From positions 1-24,960 of the IMG/VR virus record IMGVR_UViG_3300010334_000251: a DNA stretch of 24,960 nucleotides; one strand, written 5' to 3'. The position numbers and the translations under genes are program-made. This DNA comes from a virus (Duplodnaviria > Caudoviricetes). The notes under the pieces were generated by a model, which was given only the letters and a program-made list of their open reading frames with translations, did no database searches and was not told where the DNA came from. Position 1 is the stretch's first letter; every line of letters starts with the position of its first letter. Positions 17,901 to 24,960 of the stretch are shown one piece after another.

Positions 17901-20712
17901 AAAATGGGAAAAATGTAAGAATCTTTGGATTACCATTAACATCTATTAGGAACTGATTAATGCTGGAATCCTTAAACTTGTTGCTTTGGCAAGCCAATAT
18001 ACTAGTACCAGAAACGTCCAGCAGTGGAGTAGTTGATGGGGTGAATTTTGAAACATAGATCGCAGTGCCTTTAATAATTCTAAAGTTAGAAATATAACCA
18101 CTAAAATACGTATCTGGAGCATTACCGACGAAAGAATTAACGCCAATACGTAGGCCACTAGATAATATATTTGCAGCCGCACCAGTGGCCGAATTGACAA
18201 CGTCACCATTTATAAACATATAAATGTTTGTGCTTGATCTAGTCACAGCAATGTGAACCCATTGGCTTATTGGGACAGCATATGAAGAATCTAAACCTAC
18301 CGCGTTCGATCCCTGACTGAATCTTACAATTCCAGACGGTGTGAGGCCCAATAACCAATAAGCACCGTTAGTTGACCAGGGTCTAGCATCAACAATCATT
18401 TTACCGTAATTATTGTTTGGTATTTGTGGTATATAAATCCAACATTCAACAGTAAAATCCTCAAGTTCAAATGAAAATACAGGATCTGGGGATGCAAATA
18501 AGTAATCCCCAGATCCATCAAAATAAACGCTGTAATATCCAATGTTATTAACAAATGGCGAAAAAGTTCCTGGTGACGGGACTGGATCACCAACAACGGA
18601 TATGGAAAAATTGTTTGGGCTGCTATCAACAAAGGAATTGGTCAGTTGACTACTATTCCCATTTAATAATAAAACAACACTATTGGATTTGGGATCATTG
18701 GTCAATGTTGGCTCAGATTGTGTATCAATTGGTAATCCAAATTGATAAATTGCATCATTTACTACACGAATGCCTGTTATATAAGCATTTAGTGCGTCAG
18801 AATTAAATGCTGCGTATCCAAAGGACCAATTAGAATCTAAGTAATTGAATTTGTCCTCGCCAACCACAACTGCATTTCCGTTTAAAAATATTGTTGCCTG
18901 ACCAGATTTTTTAACATAAGCAATATGATTCCAAGAGTTTAACTTTGGTCCCGACCCTGAACTGAATTGAGTTGTAGAATCTACATATAGAGAAATATTG
19001 GTTCCAGTTGTATATGTAAGAACAAAATAAATACCATTGGTATTTAGCGGTCTATTATCCACTAAATTAAATGTGCCAGTTGCCAGAGGATAAACCCAAC
19101 ATTCAAAAGTAAAATCCTGTAGACCTATTAGGTAATCTGCTTGTGGAGTAGCAACTATTGACGACCCATTTATATAATAACTGCCCGCCATCTTAGATAC
19201 AGAATATGGGTGCGAAAACGGTGTCCATGTTGAAATCTTAACATTACCGCTGATATTTAGATTTTCCAAATAATCCAATGCGCTGTTTATAAAATTATTA
19301 TCATAACAGGTTAATAGTTGAGTATTAGGTACTATTGATAGTGGGTCTGTAGGAACTGGGAAATTAATGATCTCTCTAGTATCATAAACAACTGATTTAG
19401 TTATTCTTAAATTTGAAATATAACCCTTAAAATATCCATCTTGAGCACCATACGGTGACATACCAATTCTAGTAGAATTAATGCTGGGATTAAAATTAAA
19501 TGTTGCATTTAATGTTGAATCAACCAATATTCCGTTTCGATAAAATACAACCACGCCACCATTTCTTATTAGGGCTATATGATGCCATCGATTTAACTCA
19601 AGAGTGCCATATCCTTTATGATAGTTACCTGGTATCAATATTCCAAAACCGCCGCCGTTGATATTTTGTGAAATTCTAATTTCCTGTCCGCCAACATTGT
19701 TACCAATACTGACTAATGTAGTCCAATCAGCGTCTGGAGATCTCGTTGGATATACCCAAAACTCAATCGTAAAATCACCAGTACCAAAAGCTATTGAATT
19801 CGTTGATGTTAAATAATCGCCTGATCCATCAAAATAAACACTATAATGACCCGATCCTAAAAACGGTGTAAATGTGCCCTGTGGGGTATTAGAAGTTATT
19901 TGTGTTGCTTTTGCACTAGAGTCCGTAACACTATTTGAATTGGGTATATTAGAGCCGCCCTTTAAATTTATATATGTACTGTCCCAATATGGGTCACTTG
20001 CATCAACTATACTTGCTGGGATAAATCTACTAGTGTATCTTGCTACACCAGTGGTTATACGCAATTCATTTATATAGCCAGTAAATTTTCCTGCAGTCCC
20101 CGATTCAAAACCCCCAGCACCAATCATTGGTCTATTGGTTGATATGCGATAGGTTGTCCCATCACCAAAAGTTGATCCTGTTTGTTCGCCATTGAGAAAC
20201 ATCCGGGTATTGGTTCTGCTACGACATATTGAGATATGATTCCAAGTATTCAACACCATTGCTGAACCAGTGATACGAGTTGCTGAAGCTACATAGTAAT
20301 ATGGTTGTCCGGAAGTATTTACCCACAAAGTAAAATATGCTCCATTGATGTTAGGTGGTCTAAAATCAATTAGAGCTTGACTATTTTTAAACGATGTGGG
20401 ATAAATCCATAACTCAACAGTAAAATCATCTATACCAAGAGCCAAGCCAGTGTTGTTTGTTACTGTTATATAAGTATCACCATCAAAATATAAACTATTG
20501 GAATCATACTTATATTTTAATGTGCTGATCATATTTTCAGCATTGCCCACTATAGCCAATGAGTTTTTGGTTATTAGATCAATGGCGTCGATACTTTGCC
20601 CGTCCAATGCAAATGCTGTATTAGATTTGTAAATATCCAAAATAGAGGATATTGTGGTTGAAATCTGTGGATTTCTTCCAACAGACGTGGCAAGAGTTTG
20701 GGCTATTAGCAT
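14929..20712 (-). CDS. Adhesin / tail-fibre-like protein: seven LamG (concanavalin A-like) domains, beta-sandwich linker, C-terminal glycine-rich domain
   Basis: Seven repeats of S-x-YFDG...(F/Y)T(V/I/F)(E/D)xW...W-x-H(I/V)A-x-R...NG...GYI-x-x-R. The C-terminus runs LDYLIVAGGGGG...GGSGIVVIR...TWTSSGSFTL. Confidence 0.85.
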   Translation of the reverse strand: MLIAQTLATSVGRNPQISTTISSILDIYKSNTAFALDGQSIDAIDLITKNSLAIVGNAENMISTLKYKYDSNSLYFDGDTYITVTNNTGLALGIDDFTVELWIYPTSFKNSQALIDFRPPNINGAYFTLWVNTSGQPYYYVASATRITGSAMVLNTWNHISICRSRTNTRMFLNGEQTGSTFGDGTTYRISTNRPMIGAGGFESGTAGKFTGYINELRITTGVARYTSRFIPASIVDASDPYWDSTYINLKGGSNIPNSNSVTDSSAKATQITSNTPQGTFTPFLGSGHYSVYFDGSGDYLTSTNSIAFGTGDFTIEFWVYPTRSPDADWTTLVSIGNNVGGQEIRISQNINGGGFGILIPGNYHKGYGTLELNRWHHIALIRNGGVVVFYRNGILVDSTLNATFNFNPSINSTRIGMSPYGAQDGYFKGYISNLRITKSVVYDTREIINFPVPTDPLSIVPNTQLLTCYDNNFINSALDYLENLNISGNVKISTWTPFSHPYSVSKMAGSYYINGSSIVATPQADYLIGLQDFTFECWVYPLATGTFNLVDNRPLNTNGIYFVLTYTTGTNISLYVDSTTQFSSGSGPKLNSWNHIAYVKKSGQATIFLNGNAVVVGEDKFNYLDSNWSFGYAAFNSDALNAYITGIRVVNDAIYQFGLPIDTQSEPTLTNDPKSNSVVLLLNGNSSQLTNSFVDSSPNNFSISVVGDPVPSPGTFSPFVNNIGYYSVYFDGSGDYLFASPDPVFSFELEDFTVECWIYIPQIPNNNYGKMIVDARPWSTNGAYWLLGLTPSGIVRFSQGSNAVGLDSSYAVPISQWVHIAVTRSSTNIYMFINGDVVNSATGAAANILSSGLRIGVNSFVGNAPDTYFSGYISNFRIIKGTAIYVSKFTPSTTPLLDVSGTSILACQSNKFKDSSINQFLIDVNGNPKILTFFPFLITEELYSISIVGGSTYFTNNSYLTLSAKDALSFGTSAFTIECWVYPIALTTYGAVIEARSGPVGQDWACGLRNSGGFKAELYLGSPYTAKNVIALGAWTHVAWVRNSDGVLSMFVDGVLDTSWTRISRAINANGLTQRIGALTDGGGYYTNGYISNLRVVNGSAIYTANFIPETTPLAAIPNTSLLLKMNPQSIVDSSLKNNIGTIGNVVLSTSKTKFGNESMYFDGAGDYLLIANSPLLQFNGENYTVDFWAYPTNISVISGVIGKGTTSTGWEIFINASGYWSIVDGSTSVTGIIPAVLNEWQYISYVRSNSFSRLFINGIESLGRTNSSNYSQTDQIVIGARRDKTNSYSGYIDSLRITKGMARYTYQEKSIALNNTPPTVSSLGAKSSTTSLLLLASNATVIDSTNKNAFTVVGNVSISSDTYKFQTNSLRFEGTGYMFNSNSIDFLTNNFTVELWINADSFTANPVLVDYRPTNTKGDYFTLFLSSTGQPIYFKNNTNRITGPILLINTWYHIAICRIDGIIKMFVNGTQVTATYSDTDSYGSNSLAPIIGGSSYAPGSNLFVGYIDELRITGAARYPTSFDISLVGKDSPGWNVDSQCIVVPNSFSVLEGNTVTFTIKTFNVLNGTVLYWSNLGTTTADRFTDFENSGTVTIVDNIGIISRTIYWNNVVDGITTLGIKVSDGLGTVFGQSALIEVSDNTTSLVKLDYLIVAGGGGGGVGGGGGAGGLLYRSSAIFTSATTYTVTIGAGGIGTLYSTNGKNSSIIGGDKELIAVGGGAGATRDFTQPGAGASGTGYRGATGGSGGGGGGNYASNDGGNAGGKGIAFQGGDGGTAPGASGTPSCGGGGAGASAASGGVSQGGIGLSDSQVGGILSDANIGVIVSGIRYIAGGGGGGSYNVGYAAGGSGGGGIGAAAGGTPTAGLANTGGGGGGKSADNGGAAGGSGIVVIRCPISTIISVTGDPQIVNGDGYKTYTWTSSGSFTL
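20301..20370. repeat. Dispersed repeat copy 1 (LamG coding segment shared with about 23399-23468)
   Basis: Identical 22-mer TTACCCACAAAGTAAAATATGC at 20319-20340 and 23417-23438, within longer similar flanks (ATGGTTGTCC-GAAGTA; TGGTCTAAAATCAA). Confidence 0.8.
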
Positions 20713-20742
20713 TTTGACAAGTAGTAACTAGAAATATACTAG

Positions 20743-20750
20743 TATTTAGC
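20743..20750 (-). promoter_or_regulatory. T4-type late promoter (GCTAAATA) for the 1927-aa LamG protein
   Basis: GCTAAATA 30 nt upstream of the ATG at 20712, just downstream of a terminator. Confidence 0.7.
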
Positions 20751-20781
20751 CACAGAACTGTATCAAATTAATCACAATAAA

Positions 20782-20806
20782 GAAAACACCACTCAGTGGT
20801 GTTTTC
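20782..20806 (-). terminator. Intrinsic terminator
   Basis: Palindrome GAAAACACCACT-c-AGTGGTGTTTTC; on the minus strand the stem ends in TTTTCTTT, 12 nt after the stop of the 127-aa gene. Confidence 0.85.
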
Positions 20807-20818
20807 AATTAAAAACAA

Positions 20819-21202
20819 TTAAGCTTGTTCAGTATTTTGAAATTCAACCCAGGATTGAGTTGCTTCATCCCAAATATATTGCTTGTCATCACTTGGCATT
20901 GCAACTGGAGCGGCCCATAAACATGAACTATCATCTAAAACCCAACTGGCATATGGCTGTGGTGGGATAAAAGCATCACGCTCACTGTCATAGGTATAAC
21001 CAACACCTGCATAGTTTTTACGTAATGCACGTGATTGATCTTCGGATGGCTCGTTAGTTTCAGGATTATGATGTACACCACCTCTGGTGTTATAGGATGT
21101 TTGGATCCAACCAGATCCAAACATACCTGTATCGATAACATCTTGTTCGGCAACGATAACTTGTGTTACCGTGCCGTTTTCTACTTTTGCAAAATGACTC
21201 AT
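20819..21202 (-). CDS. Small conserved phage protein; putative fibre-associated / assembly partner of the Gly-rich adhesin
   Basis: SD AAGGAG. MSHFAKV...VTQVIVA...WIQTSYNT...RKNYAGVGYTYD...DAFIPPQPY-SW-L...W-AP...WDE is a motif set I recognise from small phage proteins that follow Gly-rich fibre genes. The function is inferred. Confidence 0.7.
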   Translation of the reverse strand: MSHFAKVENGTVTQVIVAEQDVIDTGMFGSGWIQTSYNTRGGVHHNPETNEPSEDQSRALRKNYAGVGYTYDSERDAFIPPQPYASWVLDDSSCLWAAPVAMPSDDKQYIWDEATQSWVEFQNTEQA

Positions 21203-21218
21203 TGATTGCTCCTTGAAA

Positions 21219-24200
21219 TTAGTAAGTAAATGTACCAGAAGTTGTAAATGCGTGGTAGGTATATCCTTTATCCATTGTCACCGTTCCGCCTGTAGTTCTT
21301 TGTGCTCCAGCGTAACGAATTACAACAATTCCAGAACCACCAGCTCCACCATTTCCAGTATAGCTTTGATATTGACTTTGGCCAACACCGCCACCACCGC
21401 CGCCGGTGTTTGCACCACCATCCCCGCCTGTTGAATCTAATAGAGAAGGACCTGCACCATTGCCGCCCAGATTTCTACCAGAACTTCCACCAACACCAGC
21501 GAGACCGGATCCGACCATCATGCCTCCGCCACCGCCGCCACCAATTCCGCCATTTCCAGCATTGACGGATGTGGACCAATTGCCGCCACCGCCGCCACCA
21601 GAATAGTAAAAGCCGTCAAACCATTGAAGACCAACTCCACCATGTCCTGATGAGGCAGGGCTGTATACACCATTAGAACCAGCGCCACCTGCACCGCCGC
21701 CGCCGCCGCAAATACGAGCATCACCTGGTTGGCCGCCAACACCAGTACCTCCCGCATAACCTTGACCGGTTGTGCCAGAACCACCAGCAGATGTTCCACT
21801 ATCTGAACCACCTCCACCACCAGAACCGCCGTTAGTTCCGGCAACCCCAGTACTTGCTGGATAAACTCCACCACCTCCTCCGCCAATTGAAGTTTGTGTT
21901 GATAGCGTGGAACCAGAAAGAACTGAATTACTTCCTACAGCACCACGTGCCCCGCCAGTTGATCTGGGAGCGCCAGCACCAACTGTCACTGTCAAAGTAG
22001 TTCCAACAGCACCAGTAGTAGTTGTTCCTTGTAACAAACCGCCGCCGCCACCACCACCAGCATGTCGTCCACCACCAGCACCACCACCAGCAACAACTAA
22101 ATATTGTACCGTATAAGATGTTGATAATACATCACTTGACAAACTAACTGATTCTGATGTAGCCAATATTGTACCTGATAAATTAGATATTGATAATATC
22201 AACGTCGATGCACTGGCGCTAGCACTAGTTAATACAGTTCTGGTAACAGTTGCTGTATTGTTAACAACTGTTACTGAACTGGTATTGAGGCCATCTGCAA
22301 AATAATTACTGGAACTAGTGCCCGTATTAGTCCAATTTAAAATTGTGCCATCTGTCATATTTGTTGCAGTAATAGTAAATGTCACTGTACTACCAACTTT
22401 TAAATATACCAAATTGGTGTTTGCAGCAACACTAACTATTGACTGTGCTGTGGATGCCGTATATGGTCCTGTATAAAAATTGGCAGTATATCTAGCCACA
22501 TTGCTGACTCTGAAATCATCAATATAACCAGTAATACCCAATCCCGGTGTGTATCCATCAGCACCAATCATTGGTCTGTTAACTGCACTTAAATATACAT
22601 TGCTATCGGTATATGTTGAACCCGCTTGTGTACCATTTACATACATCTTGGTGCTAGTTCCTAAACGCACTACTGCAATATGATACCATGTACTTGCTTG
22701 TGCAACTGTACCAATAATTTGATTTGTTGAACTTACATGATAAGTAAATTGGCTTGACGCATTTATCCACAATGTAAAATATACTCCTTGACTTCCTGCT
22801 GGTCTATAATCAATAATGATTCTACTTGCCGTTACTGTTGTAAAATAAACCCACAACTCAACTGTAAAATCACCACTTGAGAAGTGATTTGGTTGACCAT
22901 TTACAAATGCATAGCTTGAACCATCAAAATACATACTGGTAGCACCAGCTTTTACTGTTGATGTGCTGGATGTTACATTACCAACAATGGTAAAGTTATT
23001 TTTAATTGTGCTGTCAATTAAATTGCTATTTTGTGCAGTCAACAACAAGCTGGTTGTTGATTCTGTGGCACCTTGACTTGTTTGAGTCAATACTGCGGTT
23101 GATGGGATAAAGTTTCTAAAACTACTTGTATAACGAGCCACACCTTTGGTGATACGCAGGTCATCAATATAACCGATAAAATTGCTATTGGGATTGGACA
23201 AATTATTGCTATCACTACCAATAAACGGCCTGTCAGTTGGTGACAAATATGTAGTACTATCATTATATATGGTTGATTGAACAACACCATTTATATACAT
23301 CTTAGTACTTGTTCCTAAACGAACTACTGCAACATGATTCCAAGTATTTAATAATGGTGCAGCCCCAATTATCTGATTTGCCGTATTTGCATAATAAAAT
23401 GGTTGTCCAGAAGTAGTTACCCACAAAGTAAAATATGCGCCATTACCACCAGATGGTCTAAAATCAACTAAAGCCTTAGCATATGTGAGATTAGTAGAAT
23501 AATACCACAACTCAACTGTAAAATTCCCCAAACCAAATGCAAGATTTTGATTTGTTGGCACTGTTAAATATGTGGATCCATCAAAATACATGCTTGAACC
23601 ACCAAACTTGCTTTGTGCTGTGCTGATAATAGCGTTCCCAACAGTTGTCAAATCATTCATTCCAGTGCTGTCAACAATACCAGAATTGGTTCCATTTAAC
23701 AACAAACTTGTATCAGTGATGGCAGTTACTGGAGCTGTTGGTGGTGGAAATGCGGCGGTATATACTGCTGCATTAGTTACTCTAAAGTTTGATATATATC
23801 CAGGCCAGTAACCCATATTACCTATGTTAGCTCCTATACGTATACCAGTGGCTCCCGAGAATGTATTTGAATTCGACGCAGTATCTGTGCCCAATACACC
23901 GTTTTGATATATCTTTACTGTGCCGCTGCTACGCACCACTGCTACATGAACCCACATGTTTGCCGGTAGAGCGGTCGATCCCCAGTAATAACCAGTTCCC
24001 CCAAGATAGAAGTTAAGTCTAAAAGTTGTAGGATTTAAATTGCAAGCAATAGAAGTACTTTGTGCAGTATTTGATGGTCTTGTATCAAAAATCATAGGCC
24101 AGTCACTAGGAACTGTACCATTCCAATAGACCCAACATTCATAAGTGAAATTTCCGGTGTGCTGGAACGCGGTCGTTGTTGATGACAGATAACTACTACT

Positions 24201-24960
24201 GCCATTAAAGTACATACTACCACCATGTAGACTTGGCGTATAAGCAGTTGTACTAGCAAATGGACCAAAGTTTTGAATCGAAGGATTATTTACTGTGGTT
24301 ACTGCAAAATTGTTTGATGAATTATCAATAATTCTATTGTTTTGGAACAACATCAATTTTACATCACCAGCAGTGGCCCCTTGACTTGTGGTAGTCAAAG
24401 CACTTGTGGGTGGTGTGAATATTGTGACACCACCGGCTGTACTGGTGGTAGAATATGTTGTGGGAACAGATCCAACACACATTCTAAAATTACTGATGAA
24501 CATTTCAGTTAAGTCGACGCCCAATTGTGAGTTTGTTCCAAAACTTGTATTTGATGTTCCATTAATATTTGTTGAATTGGTTTGTGCTTCACGCAAAATT
24601 CCATTCACAAACAACCTTAGGTATCCATTTTGTCTAGATGATACCACATGTATCCATTTGCGAACATGTCCGGATCCACTGGTGGTAGTAGTATCATATG
24701 TTGCACTGGCCTGTACCGAACTATTACCATCGACTAGTGTTTGTATCAGTGTATCCACAATACCAAATGACAGTTCTACTCCTGTGTTGTTTGCCAAGCC
24801 ATAGTTGCTTTGAACACTCCAGACTCTAGTATAATTTGCTGGCTGTTTTGCTATATATACCCAGCACTCAATTGAAAAATCACTAGTGCCAATCGATCTA
24901 GATGCATTATGGGGTAGATATGCATAGCTATTTGTACCATTGGTATATAAACTCCAACCA
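21219..24960 (-). CDS. Second multi-LamG / glycine-rich adhesin-like protein; 5' end outside the window
   Basis: The frame stays open from 24797 to the window end (GWSLYTNGTNSYAYL...DFSIECWVY...). At least four LamG repeats, the same linker, and a C-terminal VQYLVVAGGG...GGSGIVVIRY...AFTTSGTFTY domain. Confidence 0.85.
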   Translation of the reverse strand, partial: GWSLYTNGTNSYAYLPHNASRSIGTSDFSIECWVYIAKQPANYTRVWSVQSNYGLANNTGVELSFGIVDTLIQTLVDGNSSVQASATYDTTTTSGSGHVRKWIHVVSSRQNGYLRLFVNGILREAQTNSTNINGTSNTSFGTNSQLGVDLTEMFISNFRMCVGSVPTTYSTTSTAGGVTIFTPPTSALTTTSQGATAGDVKLMLFQNNRIIDNSSNNFAVTTVNNPSIQNFGPFASTTAYTPSLHGGSMYFNGSSSYLSSTTTAFQHTGNFTYECWVYWNGTVPSDWPMIFDTRPSNTAQSTSIACNLNPTTFRLNFYLGGTGYYWGSTALPANMWVHVAVVRSSGTVKIYQNGVLGTDTASNSNTFSGATGIRIGANIGNMGYWPGYISNFRVTNAAVYTAAFPPPTAPVTAITDTSLLLNGTNSGIVDSTGMNDLTTVGNAIISTAQSKFGGSSMYFDGSTYLTVPTNQNLAFGLGNFTVELWYYSTNLTYAKALVDFRPSGGNGAYFTLWVTTSGQPFYYANTANQIIGAAPLLNTWNHVAVVRLGTSTKMYINGVVQSTIYNDSTTYLSPTDRPFIGSDSNNLSNPNSNFIGYIDDLRITKGVARYTSSFRNFIPSTAVLTQTSQGATESTTSLLLTAQNSNLIDSTIKNNFTIVGNVTSSTSTVKAGATSMYFDGSSYAFVNGQPNHFSSGDFTVELWVYFTTVTASRIIIDYRPAGSQGVYFTLWINASSQFTYHVSSTNQIIGTVAQASTWYHIAVVRLGTSTKMYVNGTQAGSTYTDSNVYLSAVNRPMIGADGYTPGLGITGYIDDFRVSNVARYTANFYTGPYTASTAQSIVSVAANTNLVYLKVGSTVTFTITATNMTDGTILNWTNTGTSSSNYFADGLNTSSVTVVNNTATVTRTVLTSASASASTLILSISNLSGTILATSESVSLSSDVLSTSYTVQYLVVAGGGAGGGRHAGGGGGGGLLQGTTTTGAVGTTLTVTVGAGAPRSTGGARGAVGSNSVLSGSTLSTQTSIGGGGGGVYPASTGVAGTNGGSGGGGGSDSGTSAGGSGTTGQGYAGGTGVGGQPGDARICGGGGGAGGAGSNGVYSPASSGHGGVGLQWFDGFYYSGGGGGGNWSTSVNAGNGGIGGGGGGGMMVGSGLAGVGGSSGRNLGGNGAGPSLLDSTGGDGGANTGGGGGGVGQSQYQSYTGNGGAGGSGIVVIRYAGAQRTTGGTVTMDKGYTYHAFTTSGTFTY
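23399..23468. repeat. Dispersed repeat copy 2 (shared with about 20301-20370)
   Basis: Same 22-mer and flanking similarity as copy 1. Confidence 0.8.

Noticed and set aside
15129-22116. Short His/Arg/Pro-rich ORFs (e.g. 15129-15326, 21302-21565, 21406-21606, 21907-22116)
   Set aside because: Shadow frames of Gly codon runs in the fibre genes; no independent start signals.
14929-24960. Diversity-generating retroelement acting on the fibre genes
   Set aside because: No reverse transcriptase in the window; the repeat copies are both coding and their differences are not confined to adenines.
1-24960. Stop-codon recoding (none of the 13 called genes ends in TAG)
   Set aside because: All long ORFs are intact under the standard code with no TAG-interrupted genes; TAG is commonly rare in AT-rich phages.

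Overview
AT-rich segment of a large contractile-tailed (T4-superfamily-like, probably jumbo) dsDNA phage genome, covering part of the virion morphogenesis region. In order: a 5'-truncated Hef-like/DUF559-type endonuclease with a Mom/GNAT-like C-terminus; an unusually long tail sheath (1072 aa); a small Zn-finger/degenerate HNH protein; dNMP kinase; a gp13-like neck protein; a basic hypothetical protein under a perfect sigma70 promoter; gp14-like and gp15-like neck/tail-terminator proteins; a NUDIX hydrolase; a 1390-aa protein with four glycosyltransferase domains plus an FkbM methyltransferase; and two paralogous multi-LamG/glycine-rich adhesin-like proteins flanking a small conserved protein. 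T4-type late promoter motifs ((G)(C/A)TAAATA) precede the structural genes. Best leads: (i) a 16-bp hairpin that buries the neck-gene ribosome-binding site and carries the late promoter in its loop, downstream of an early sigma70 gene; (ii) a late-promoter multi-GT/methyltransferase gene beside the lectin-like fibres, suggesting virion glycosylation; (iii) modular shuffling of LamG domains. All product calls come from motif recognition, not from database searches.
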